In this document: positions 12,380 through 23,738 of the stretch, piece after piece | How the letters are laid out: the number at the start of each line of letters is the position of its first letter | Numbering within the stretch: position 1 is the stretch's first letter | DNA from: Vicugna vicugna | Taxonomy: Eukaryota | Assembly: GCA_013265495.1 (NCBI GenBank) | Contig: MU058451.1 | Location: forward strand, 248,001-312,000 | Direction: 5' to 3' | Length of the DNA stretch: 64,000 nt | Notes under the pieces: model-generated | Seen by the model: the letters and a program-made list of their open reading frames with translations, nothing else | Told to the model about the DNA's origin: nothing | Databases searched by the model: none | Position numbers and translations under genes: made by a program

Positions 12380-13240
12380 AAAATTACATTTAACAGCTTT
12401 AGTGAGGTATAATTCAGAAGCCATAAAATTCACTCTTTTAAGATACACGTTTCAGTGGCTTTAGTCTAATCACAGAATTGTGCAACCATCACCACATCTA
12501 GTTCCACAACATTTCGTCACCCCGACAGGAAGCCCCACACGCATTATGCAATTGTTCCTCCTCCCCTCCTCCCCCAACCCTGGCAACCACTAGCACGCTC
12601 TACCTTTATGTATTTGCCTACTCTAGACATATGACTGGAAACATAGTATGTGGCCTTTTGTTTCTCACTTCTTTCAATGAGTATGTTTTCAAGGTTCAGC
12701 AATATTGTAGCATGTGTCAGTACTTCATTCTTTCTATGGCTAAAGATTGCAATGTATACAGGATATACCACATTTAATGCATCTGCTCATCAGCTGATGC
12801 ACATTTGGGTTGTTTCTACTTTTTGGCTATTAGGAACAATGTTGCTGTGGACATCTGTGTACAAGCTTTCATGCAGATATATGCTTTCAGTTCTTCTGGA
12901 TGTACACCTAGGAGTGGAACTGGCGACTCCATACTAACCTTACGTTTAATTTTTTGACGAACTGCCAAATTGCTTTCCAAAGTGGATATGCCATTTTATT
13001 TTCCCACCAACAATGTCCGAGGGTTGCAATTTCTCCATATCCTCATCAACACTTACTTTTCTTTTCTTTCTTTCTTTCCTTTTCTTCAATTACAGCCATC
13101 CTCCTGGGAACGAGATGGTATCTCGTTGGTTTGCTCTGCATTTCCCTAGTAACTAACGATGCTGAGCATCTTTTCATGTGCTTGTCATTGCTTATCTTCT
13201 CTGGAGAAATGTCTGTTCAAAATGTTGTCTATTTTAAAAC
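12380..13240 (-). mobile_element. L1MB-like 3' region, antisense
   Basis: agctttagtgaggtataattc...ttgtgcaaccatcaccac...tgggttgtttctactttttggctatt...gctgagcatcttttcatgtgcttg. Confidence 0.92.
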
Positions 13241-13458
13241 TAGATTTTGCAGTGATTCTTAGCACAACTTTAGAGTTATGAACTGCTCTGAGAATCTGAT
13301 CAAAAACAAAAGGTAAACCCACAAAGATTAAAAAAAAAAAGCACACAATTCTCCTAAGAAGTCATTAATGTGCTATAAGACCACATACAGACCTTCCAGA
13401 TTAAGCACCCTCACTTTGTATCACAGCTTCTCAACCCTGGCCCATACTTAAAGGCACC

Positions 13459-14140
13459 AGGGGAACCCTCCTACACTGCTGGTGGGAATGCAGTTTGGTG
13501 CAGCCACTATGGAAAACAGTGTGGAGATTCCTCAAAAGACTAGGAATAGACTTTCCATATGACCCAGGAATCCCACTCCTGGGCTAGTATCCAGAAGGAA
13601 ATCTACTTCAGGATGACACCTGCACTCCAATGTTCATAGCAGCACTATTTACAATAGCCAAAACATGGAAACAGCCTAAATGTCCATCAATAGGTGACTG
13701 GATAAAGAAGATGTGGTATATTTATAAATGGAATACTACTCAGCCATAAAACCGACAACATAACGCCATTTGCAGCAACATGGATGCTCCTAGAGAATGT
13801 CATTCTAAGTGAAGTAAGCCAGAAAGAGAAAGAAAAATACCATATGAGATTGCTCATATGTGGAATCTAAAGACTCATGGACAGAGAATATAGACTTGTG
13901 GTTACCAGGGGGGTAGAGGATGGGAAGGGATAGACTGGAATTTCAAAATTGTAGAATTGATAAACAAGATTACACTGTATAGCACAGGGAAATATACACA
14001 AAATGTTATGATAAATCAGAGAAAAAAATGTGACAATGAGTGTGTATATGTCCATGAATGACTGAAAAATTGTGCTGAACACTGGAATTTGACACAACAT
14101 TGTAAAATGATTATAAATCAATAAAAAATGTTAAAAAAAA
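13459..14140 (+). mobile_element. Young lineage-specific (camelid-type) L1, 5'-truncated: ORF2 end, 3'UTR, A-tail
   Basis: Well-preserved ORF2 end; 3'UTR nearly identical to the copies at 59780-59982 and 37003-37052; AATAAA followed by an A-tail. Confidence 0.95.
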
Positions 14141-14142
14141 AC

Positions 14143-14553
14143 ACATGAAGGGACGAAATATGTATATACATAAAAGGGAATATTACTCAGCTTTAAAAAG
14201 GGACGAAATACTGATACATGCTACAACATGGATGAACCTTAAAAACAGGATGTTGAGTGAAAGAAGTCAGACACAAAAGGCCGTATATTATGATTCCAGT
14301 TACATCAGAAACCTAGAATAGTCAATGTCATAGAAACAGAAAGTAGAATTGTGGTTACCAGGGGCTGGTGGGAGAGGGGTGAGTGCTTACTCTTTAACAA
14401 GTTGACAGTTTCTGTTTACGAAGAGGAAAAAGTTCTAGAGAGGGCCAGCAGTGATGCTTGCATGACAACGTGAAGGGGACTTAATGCCACTCAATTATAC
14501 ATTTAAAAATGGTAAATTTTATGTTTTGTGTATTTTACCACAATTGAAAAAAA
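14143..14553 (+). mobile_element. L1MB-like 3' end
   Basis: gatacatgctacaacatggatgaacctt...ttaatgccactcaattatacatttaaaaatggtaaattttatg...ttttaccacaat plus A-tail. Confidence 0.9.
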
Positions 14554-14669
14554 ACCACGTGTGTATACATACATACACACACACAAAACACAACAGAACA
14601 TCGTTAGTATTTTGCTTAAAAACTCTCCAAGTAATGTAAATGTTAAAATAGGGTTAAGAACTGCTACTT

Positions 14670-15555
14670 CATACTCTCTTTGGTGGCATCACCTATTTTC
14701 AAGATTTCCCAAATCTTTCTTTCCACCCGTCCCTCTCAAAGCTTCTACTTCAAAAATTCAACTAGGTGCCAACGCACAAAATTGAGCTCATCTATCCCAT
14801 CTCCCCATTGCAAACTGGCCCCTCCTGAAAGACCAACACCCACTGAACATCCTCCCCCTGTATCCCCCCCGTCAAATCATCGGCGTGGCTTTGCCCCTTA
14901 AAAACCCTCAAGCCCCACTCCTTGTCACTGCGATAGTCGCCACTGCTTCCAGCTCAGACCTTCCCTTACTTGTATTATATGACATAAGCTTCCTTACCTC
15001 CAGATGACTTCCCTGCTCAAAGTCTTCAGTAGACTCCACTCCCGCTGACATAAAGTCCCTGCTGCTCCAAATGTCTCAGAAGGTGCCTTATGACCCACCA
15101 TGCCTGTTTCTCCAGGCTGGTCTGCCTATTCTGCTCGCCCTGGGAAATGGAAACTGCCCGTGGTTCCCCACCTGCTACATACCCGTTCTCACCTCTTTTC
15201 TTGTGCTTGTTACACATGGAACAAACCATATATCTTCCCCCTTTTGGCTAACTCCCACTCATCTTTTAAAACCTAGCTCAGATGACCCTCTCCCCAAGAT
15301 TAAATTCCCTTCCTCTGTCTTTTAATAGAGTGTGTCTGTGTCTATATATGTATACGCGTATGTACATATGTATGTGTGTGTGTGTGTGTGTATAAAACAC
15401 TACTATTAACCACATGTATCTTAATTACTTATATCTTTTTTCCTTAGCAAATTGTAAACTCCATGAGGGGCAAAAACTAAGTATGTTTCATCTTTTTATC
15501 CTAGGCCCTTATCAGAATACCTGACACCTAGCACTTAATATCCATTGAATAAATG
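14670..15555 (+). mobile_element. L2 LINE 3' portion
   Basis: Pyrimidine-rich body ending attgtaaactccatgaggggc...tacctgacacctagcacttaata...gaataaatgg. Confidence 0.7.
15343..15394. repeat. (TA/TG)n alternating microsatellite
   Basis: 52 bp of alternating pyrimidine/purine including a TG run. Confidence 0.9.
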
Positions 15556-16124
15556 GCTTTACAAACTGCTATATGGCATTTGAAGCTATTTTATCAAAAT
15601 AGGTAACATAATTTACTCTGCTATATTGGTATTATTTTATTTGATCTTCACAAAAACCCTATGAAGTCATTATCATTATCATTCCTTGGAGCACAGAAAA
15701 AAATCAGACAACATGCCCAACATCAAACATAGCCAACAGGTGGTAGAACTGAGAGGCGTGTCCAGGAGAACCCACAGGGCCCGCACCCCACGTCTTCCCC
15801 TCCGCTAATGCAGACGTGGGTGTTCTTACCTGTGTATGTTTTGAGGAATCAAGTAGATATTTCCTTCCAGATTTTTCTCTATAATTTTTAAAGTTATTAT
15901 CTTAACATACAGTTTGCATCTTTTGAAAATTAAAAAAGCTTTAGCATGTTACTACATAGTCTTCATAACCTGCATGATAACTACCCACAAAGACAAAGGT
16001 AGACTCTGCGATGAGATTGAAAAAAAAAAAAAACAACACACAAAAAACCAGTAGGAAGTTCAAAACGGGGAAACAAAGATGATGGTCACTCAGGTGATAC
16101 ACACACACACATATATATACAAAA

Positions 16125-16230
16125 GCCAGGGAATTTCAGTTGATTGCCAGCTTAATATGAATCAACCAAACGACTTGATGCTAAAAATAACAAATATACT
16201 CTTAGATTATAAGAACAAAAGCAAAATTAG
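16125..16230 (+). mobile_element. L3/CR1 LINE fragment
   Basis: gggaatttcagttgattgccagcttaatatgaatcaac...atactcttagattat resembles the L3 3' region. Confidence 0.55.
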
Positions 16231-16529
16231 AAATCTGCAATTTGGACAGAAACATGAAATTCCATGTTGCTCAAAAACACAGAAATAAGTGCCTGGGGAA
16301 TTTAGTCAATGAACAGACACTACCCAAGACTGTATTTAAATAAGCAGGGATATGTATGGGTCTGTGTGCATGTGTGCGCGTGCGCACGCACATACTTGCT
16401 TGTGTGTGTGTGGGGGGGCAAAACAGCTGGGGAGATGAAACATACATAGGTAAGAAAACATACTCAATGTGTTGAAAGGATATTTCAGAGAAGAGCTGTC
16501 TTGGGTGTTTGGTAATTATCACACGTTGG

Positions 16530-16720
16530 ATAGTGTATTTAGCACTACATTATTTTATTTAATTCTCAGCGTCCTACAAAGCAGATATTGTCCCTTGTCT
16601 TAGAGGAAAAAACAGATTCAAAGAAGTTAACTTACTTGTTCAAAATCTCAAAGCTTATACACTATGGCCCTAGACTTGAAACCAAGTTCTGATTGCAAAT
16701 CCCATGCTCTTTCTACAATT
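16530..16720 (-). mobile_element. MIR SINE
   Basis: ttagaggaaaaaacagattcaaagaagttaacttacttgttcaaaatctca...gacttgaaaccaagttctgattgcaaatcccatgctct. Confidence 0.75.
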
Positions 16721-18494
16721 CTTCACATTTTCTAATAAAAGCCACTAAATAACTATCTTAAAATATGTAACAGGAGAGCTGTTGATGATGGTACAGAGTA
16801 ATGATCTAGTTAAAACATTATTGGAAAAAAGAACGTATCATCCTCGAAGTCTATGCGATGTCCATCCCTGGAGCCCTTCAGCTCTTAACATCGAGAGACA
16901 GATAAGACAGCTGACGCCATAACTCCTGGGTAAGGTCAGCATCTCCACGTGTAGTTAATTACTGACCTTCCAACATGAACTGAACAGAGGAACCACAAGT
17001 CACGACCTTACCAATGCTATGATATGAACGCATCAGATTTTTCATTCGCTCTTCTCAGCACCACCAGGGAAGTATGGGCTTTTCCTTTCCATTAATTTCT
17101 TTATGAATTCTCACATCACGGTCACACAGTTATCTGTGCATCATTTCCAGCCCTCAGCCTGGTCCCACTGCCCCAGGTCCTGACTGGACCAGCACTGAAT
17201 GCAGTGAGTGCGTTGCTCACCGGAAGCACACTATACTGAACTAAGCTTAGACATTTAGGGCTGCACCAGGCCCCCAGAGGCTCAACTGGGCCCCACTTGT
17301 CTCCACACCCACAGCCCAGACTTGTAAACCAGTGGAACATCTGTTTTCAGCGTCTGGCAATAACTGGGTCGATTTCTCTTCCTCTGGTACATTCTGCTCA
17401 TAATAACCCTTGTACAAGAAACAGCTTCCCCTTTACATCTGTTACCTTGTCTCTCCTCCTTCTTAATCCCTGGTGCCCTGATTAACATTTCCAGCCAAGT
17501 ACGTTAGAAAATTATGTTCCAGACTCTAATTACAACTGTCTTGAGGTTACCTGGTAGTTGAAATAATCTGGAAGGGACAGGAGATCAAACCAGGGAGGCC
17601 AGAAGAGGCGTCTGGAATGAGCCATGATAAAAATTCTATTTCAACCTGAGCAGAGGTAGCTGTATATAACTCAATAATGGTTAACTTGGACAAACAAGTA
17701 TCCTGGTTTATTATCTAAATGAAAGACTAATAAACTCTACAAACAACCAAGTAGAAAAGTCAGGGAATTTAAATTGGTCTTCTAATTTTAAATGTGAAGA
17801 ACAGAAAAACACAAGTCGCACAGACCTTCTCAGTAAGCGTCACATAGTGCCAGACAATCCATGCCCCCGGCCCGTCCTAAGACCCTCGATGGGCTGTTAC
17901 AAGGAAGCTTTCATCCGGCTCCTCTCACTGAAGACTCCGCAACAACACCATGGGACACTGCTCCCCTGGCATCTGATCTGGGCATCCGGTCTAAGGCCAC
18001 CCGGCAGTCTATGGGAGGACCTCGGCACCAAGGTTCTATCTGGACAAAGATGGTGGTGATGGGCTGAGCAGCAGATTCTCAGGCTGTGGAATATGGAAGA
18101 CAGAGCTGTTCTGTGGGCAGAGAGAGAAACTGAAAGGACACAGAGGAAGAAACCGCAGGATGATAAAGCGACAAGGTGCAGTGAACAAGCCAGATGTGAA
18201 GCAGAGAAAAGATATGCATTGAGTGAGAGGAGGCTGGTTAGCAGAAGCACCTTTGGCTCCGGTCAACAAATACAGAATGGTTCTCAACCTTTCCTCCCCG
18301 TAAATCGTAGCACATGCTCTGCTAGCCCAGATTTCCACAGTTGGGCTATTAAATAGTCAGAGAAGCTCTCCATGTGGGCAAATTTGTGACCCAAGAGCTC
18401 TAACTCTATCCCTTCCCAACCCTACGGGCACGGCCGACCTATTTCACTGCATCCCCTAACTTGGCCCCGAAGCAGGGCAAGCCTGGCCCCCACC

Positions 18495-18680
18495 TCGGCT
18501 TCTGCTTTCACCATCTACCAGCTGTGTGGCCTTGCGAAAGGTACTTAACCTTTCTGAGCTTCAGCTTCCATGTCTGTAAAATCCAGAAATAATATTCACA
18601 AGCTTGTATAAAAATTAACTGAGCTCAAGGATAAAAGTTCATAGCCTGATATACAGAAATTACTTCATGTACGTCACCTG
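18495..18680 (+). mobile_element. MIR SINE
   Basis: accagctgtgtggccttg...ttaacctttctgagcttcagcttccatgtctgtaaaat. Confidence 0.8.
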
Positions 18681-18714
18681 CCGTCATCAACATGGCCCCT
18701 GGTACCTCAAACAC

Positions 18715-19213
18715 TCGGCTCTAGGACATACTCCACAAACAGCACCTTTGTTCCAACAAGGCACTGCTCTTGCCTTCTTGTCTGAGCTCTTACACTGTAA
18801 AACAAATGCTTTTTTTGCAGTGTATTGTGGGCCACATTTGTCAAGTTTTTGTGCTCTTTGCTGGTGATTTCCTGTTTCAAATGGCCCCCAAGCATGGCGC
18901 TGACGTGCCGTCTGGTGTCCTAAGCGCAGAAGGCTGTAATGTGCCTTACGGAGAAGATGCAGGTGTTAGACGAGCTTTCCTCGGCACGAGTCATAGAGCT
19001 GTTGGCCCAAAGTCCAACGTTAGTGAATCAACAATATATACTAAATAAGGTGTCTTTAAACAGAAACACACTCAAAATAAGGCTATACGTTGTGACCAGA
19101 GACTTGCAGGGACCTAACCCTGCACTCCCCTAGAAGCAATGGCTCAGTATTTGCTAATGCAGTGTTTGCCACGACTTACAGGACACAACTCCTGCAAACA
19201 AGAATCGTCTGTA
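18715..19213 (+). mobile_element. MER82-like Tigger DNA transposon with frameshifted relic of the transposase N-terminal HTH
   Basis: Broken frames MAPK...MCLTEKMQVLDEL...NVSESTIYTK resemble the Tigger/pogo psq-HTH; ends in TIR-like agaatcgtctg followed by TA. Confidence 0.85.
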
Positions 19214-19215
19214 GT

Positions 19216-19350
19216 GGGTGGGGGTATAGCTCAGTGGTAGAGCATGTGCTTAGCATGTACGAGGTTGCATGAGGTCCTGGGTTCATCCCCAGTACTTTCA
19301 TTTAAAAAAAAAAAGAAAAGAATGGCCCTGGTTTGGGGTGGGGGGGGGAG
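19216..19350 (+). mobile_element. tRNA-Ala-derived SINE (camelid Vic-1 type)
   Basis: ggggtatagctcagtggtagagc (A box), gggttcatccc (B box), A-tail; flanked by aagaatcgtctgtagt (19200-19215) and aagaatcggctgaagt (19351-19366). Confidence 0.9.
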
Positions 19351-19622
19351 AAGAATCGGCTGAAGTTCATTAAAGGTAGCACCTGGGAGTAGGTGAGAAT
19401 GAGGCAGGAAGCTAGAAGGGTAGAGGCAGATCACGAAAGGGCCTTCATGTCCTACCAAGGAATGCAGGGATGCGGACTTCACAGCGCTCTAGTCTGGTTA
19501 CTGATTAGAACACTGCGCGTGGGAAACGTCTATAGCTTCCTGCTTCTTGGTGTATCCCTCGCATCTGGCACAGGCGTATCACCTACAAGAACGCCTTTAC
19601 ACACACTGTCCTCTTGGCTCAG

Positions 19623-19925
19623 AGCAGCACTGACAACAGAAGATACTGTGGGTCACTAACAGTCTAGTAGCCATGGGGAATGTCAAAAGAAACAGGTGAA
19701 ATTAAATTTGGTAATATATTTTAACGCATTATATCCAATACAGTATCTTTTCAACATGCAATCAAGATTCTAAAAATCATTAATGAGCTATTTAATTTCT
19801 TTTTGGGGGGGGGAGGGACATTCTGTCTTCAAAATCTGAGTGCGTTTTGCAGTTCAGACTCGTCACATTTCAAATGGTCAAAAGTCACCTGTGGCTAGTG
19901 GCTCCCACACGGGCAGAGAAGGCTA
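19623..19925. mobile_element. MER33-like hAT-Charlie DNA transposon
   Basis: aaaagaaacaggtgaaattaaattt...ttcaacatgcaatcaa...cacatttcaaatggtcaaaagtcacctgtggctagtggct. Confidence 0.8.
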
Positions 19926-22252
19926 GAGTATCCCACACATCCTCCAGTGCCTGGCGATCAGCTCCTACTATTCTCATGAGAATCAGCTCAACCTTCACTT
20001 TCTCTGCTAAGTGTCCCCTGAGTAATCCTCTCCCCAGCCCTGGGGCAGTTACTCTTCTCTGTACTAGTGAAACACCTGATAAAATTTTACAACAAATAGT
20101 TGTTAAATAATGAACAGGAGGAATTCAGTGCAAGAAGGAAACTGACTATTTTTGCATTTCAGAAATAAACCAACACACAGGATGGTTCATCAAGGGAGGA
20201 CGAAGATAAACAACAAAGCTCTATCCATACTTAACTTTCCCACTCATTTCCCCCTAAATCCAGTTACAAAAGTTTAGTGAGGGAAAGTCTTTCCCACCGT
20301 GAATACTGACAAGAAAGAGTGATGTCACCTAGGAAGAAATATGCTTGTTCGCTATTAAAGTCTGAAGAAGTGTAAGTGATCCCTGTCTGAAATACTATGC
20401 ACACAGGACTCCTCTCTAGGGAATCTGCATGGATGCAAAATGATTTACAACAAATCTTAAGTCAATGGCTTATATTCCAGGGGTGTTCTCAATGTCTCAA
20501 TTCTTTCAACATTAAGATTATAGCATTTGGTGCACCTCACAAAACCTTTAAAAAATATATAAATAGTAATAACTAAGTTATCTTTAAAGTCAAAGCAAAT
20601 GTATGTTTATATTATATTATATGACATTAGTGATTATTACAATACAAACTATAACCCTGCATGTTTACTATGAGTTGGGGAAACGAGTCATTGCTACAAC
20701 TAAAATACACATCAGAAAACGCCAAGGCTTACCCTCTTTAAGGCAAAGGACTGCAACACACGTGAGAGAAATGGGGAAGCCAACTGACTCCAAAATTTTC
20801 TCAGCATTTCTGACTGGTAATTTTTAGAGTAAACACTGCAAGAGGCGCCCTGGAACCATTTGCTAGCTGTTGTGCAGGTTTTTTCACTAATTGAATTTTA
20901 TATCCCTTTGGCTTCCAAAGAATTAAACTGTATGTAAAGTGGAGCCTAGTACCTTAATCCTGCCTAAATCTTCCCAAACTCTGACTTGCTCAAAAAAAAA
21001 AAAAAAAAATCAAAAAACTCCTAAGAATGTATTTCAGTGAGTTTTACAACACTGAATACTAAGATCATCTTTAATTCCATCTTTATCTACCCTATCTTTC
21101 CTACAAATTAAAAATCTCTCCAAGAAGCAAACCCCCTCAGTCTAACAAGATCAGGCCTGATTATAATATTTGTGGTTAATTATTGTGGCTGGAATTCTGA
21201 AGTGCAGCAGGATTTGCAAGCTAGTCATCTGGCTTGTTTAGACACTACCCTGACGTCAAAACTTGTGTCTTTTAACTCTCTTACTAAGACTGGGGTTCTC
21301 CCTCACGCCCTAACTTCCAGAAGTTATGATATTTTTAGATAGTTAAGATATTTTTAATACAATATATCAGTCATTTTATTAATGTGCATTAAAATCGGAA
21401 AGGACTGACATTTGATGTCCTAGAGAAAAACAACATGAGCAGGAACCAGAACTATTCTAGTTTAAAGGGAATGTAAGTAAAATGACTTTCTTCTGGTACG
21501 ATGCAAAGGAAAGAGGAACAGGTACAGGAGGACACCAGTTAAAACTACCAATCAAACCTGCTCAGGGAAAAGTCACTGACAGAGTCACCAGGAACATATG
21601 CTGGGATTGGCCAAACAAGTTTTACCAAAAACTCCTCGTAACAATTTAAAATTCCTGAGATATAAGATAATTACATTCATTGAGGTTGGATTCCAGTACT
21701 AGTTATGTTATCTTGTTAGTTTAAATATCTTATTTGCCTTTGTTTTCCCAAAGTGTTTCACAGCATGCCTTGTAATAGTAAGTGCTCAATAAAAACACTT
21801 TGAACTATTCCAAAATCCTTGGATCGCTTCAAAGGCTTTAGATAAGGCAGCAAAATAAAGTTTAAAAGCAAAAACAAAGAAAAACAAAGAAAGCCTAAAC
21901 CATCTGGCTATAAAAATTTTATTATTCAAAATTTTTAACATGGGATGGTTGAAACCAGTATGTAATTGTCTTATACCTTATTTATATAAGAATGTGGAAG
22001 AATCCTACAATTAAGAAATAAATTCCAGAATAATTAAAACCACAGGTAATCAATTGTTTATTTGAACCCAGCTGTCTTTTTATGTAGGTAGACTGAACTA
22101 AGGTGATCATGTGTGTTTTTTTTTAAAGTCCCACTTAATAAGATTAATGATTTATTAAATTATATTGTGCTAAGATATGATTTGTAGATATTATAAGGAA
22201 GAGAATCTCCTGCACTTAGTATAATTAAAAAATATGTTTGAGCTGCTCTTAC

Positions 22253-22260
22253 CATCTTTT
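22253..22260 (-). other. Candidate 8-nt microexon AAAAGATG
   Basis: attcattcttttattatcttttccaag|AAAAGATG|gtaaga: long pyrimidine tract and strong donor. Confidence 0.5.
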
Positions 22261-22409
22261 CTTGGAAAAGATAATAAAAGAATGAATTCTTTGTAAACTG
22301 TTTATACGGTGCATAATAGCCTGATAGATTTCTTACTTCCTCCAATGTCAATTTTAAAAGAGAGATGTATACAATATAGTAATATATGTGGTTTGAAACA
22401 TACACACAC

Positions 22410-22430
22410 CTCAAGTTGGGCATATCTGTT
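22410..22430 (-). other. Candidate 21-nt microexon AACAGATATGCCCAACTTGAG (63 nt if the acceptor at 22473 is used)
   Basis: cactaat (branch-point-like) gtgtttttcatttag|...GAG|gtgtgt; 149-nt intron to the 8-nt exon. Confidence 0.4.
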
Positions 22431-23189
22431 CTAAATGAAAAACACATTAGTGAATTCATACCCCTGGTAACACTGTAAAATAGGTAACCCTTTTCAGATA
22501 AAGTTTATGATTATCTTTCACCAATCTCAGATTTTTAAGCTCCAAGGTTAAGAGAAAGGTACAGACTGCTAAGAAAATTAAAAGCATTAGCATGAGCAAA
22601 AGTGGACAAGCACAGTCTGAAGACTAACTGAATGTTTTCAGCTTTCTGCATGTAGTGCCATAAGGATGTAATAAATCAGACAAAGTTACGTACTGTATGC
22701 AAGAAAAAATCATTCATTCGACACCTCAACCAAATAGGAAAGATTTATTACCTAACCGAAATTTAGATAATTTCAAATTCACTGCAAAGCTCTTTTTAAA
22801 GCTTGAATTACAAAAGGACATTGAAGAAAAATTAAGAGAGATACAAATTTAAAGCTTATATTTATTCCTTAATGAGTAAGATTTGCATTGGATTCTGCTT
22901 TGGAATTTCAGAAAATGCTTACTAATACATTTCCTAAAACAAGCATGAGACTGTATTTGGCCACAGAGAGAAACTGCAAGAAACCTTTAGTCACTAAATA
23001 AACACAAAAGAAACAGGAACCGGGAAGGAATCAATTTGGATCGCATTGTATCCATTTATTCCTGAGAACGTTATCACTGCCTGGCTGTCATGTTCAGCTC
23101 TCCCTCGACAACATGCACATCCAATCCACAAGCACACAGAATTTCAAGAACATTACCAAATATTAAGTCAGAGCACTTGTGAAACACAC

Positions 23190-23283
23190 CTGGTAATTGT
23201 CCACAGCCTCTGCAGTTCAAACCAGAGCTCAGCAGCTTGTCTTTATCTTCACCAGTGACATACACAAAAATACCATACATCAC
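23190..23283 (-). other. Candidate exon (3' end of an alternative first exon, or a 94-nt internal exon)
   Basis: Donor CAG|GTGTGT at 23190/23189; T-tract plus AAG at about 23310-23284; ATG at 23280 opens 30 codons plus 1 nt. Confidence 0.3.
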
Positions 23284-23610
23284 TTCCAAAAAGAAAAAGA
23301 AAAAAAAAAACCCCACAATTAGCCATAAATGTATTGCCTCAGAGATAAATCTCCTCTGTTAACCCAAACCAACATCCTGCCTTGATGTAACCTGAGTGCA
23401 CGCCCAGCGCCCAGCCGCTTCCCCCCTCTAGCACTTGTTTCTAACCATAGCTGACAAACTAGCCTCACAAATCCTTTTTTAGCTGCTGATCAGTCAGATC
23501 CCCCTTTGACAATCCAGCATGGTGGAACACTCGAAAATTCTTCCTGCTTCTATTCTACCGCTTGCTCTAAAAACCAGTTTCCTTTTCATTGAGATAATAG
23601 CCTTTTCTGC

Positions 23611-23624
23611 AGTCACATGACTCA
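23611..23624. promoter_or_regulatory. Composite M-box/CLEAR-type E-box (GTCACATGAC) overlapping an AP-1 site (TGACTCA)
   Basis: AGTCACATGACTCA read directly. Confidence 0.5.
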
Positions 23625-23694
23625 AGCTACATTAGCAGAGCTTTATGATAATAGACCGAGTAAGCCTCTACCCCCTCCTGTTATTAAGGGGATG

Positions 23695-23738
23695 TCTCTC
23701 TCTCTCTCTCACACACATACACACACACACACACACAC
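23695..23738. repeat. (TC)n(AC)n compound microsatellite
   Basis: Read directly. Confidence 0.95.

Noticed and set aside
14148..14210. 13-bp direct repeat aagggacgaaata as the TSD of the young L1
   Set aside because: Both copies lie on the same (3') side of the L1, inside the older L1MB.
18880..19133. Domesticated Tigger transposase (TIGD-like) gene
   Set aside because: Only a frameshifted N-terminal relic inside a non-autonomous element; no DDE domain.
19220..19300. Functional tRNA-Ala gene
   Set aside because: An internal duplication and degenerate T-arm/acceptor stem, plus an A-tail and TSDs, identify it as a SINE.
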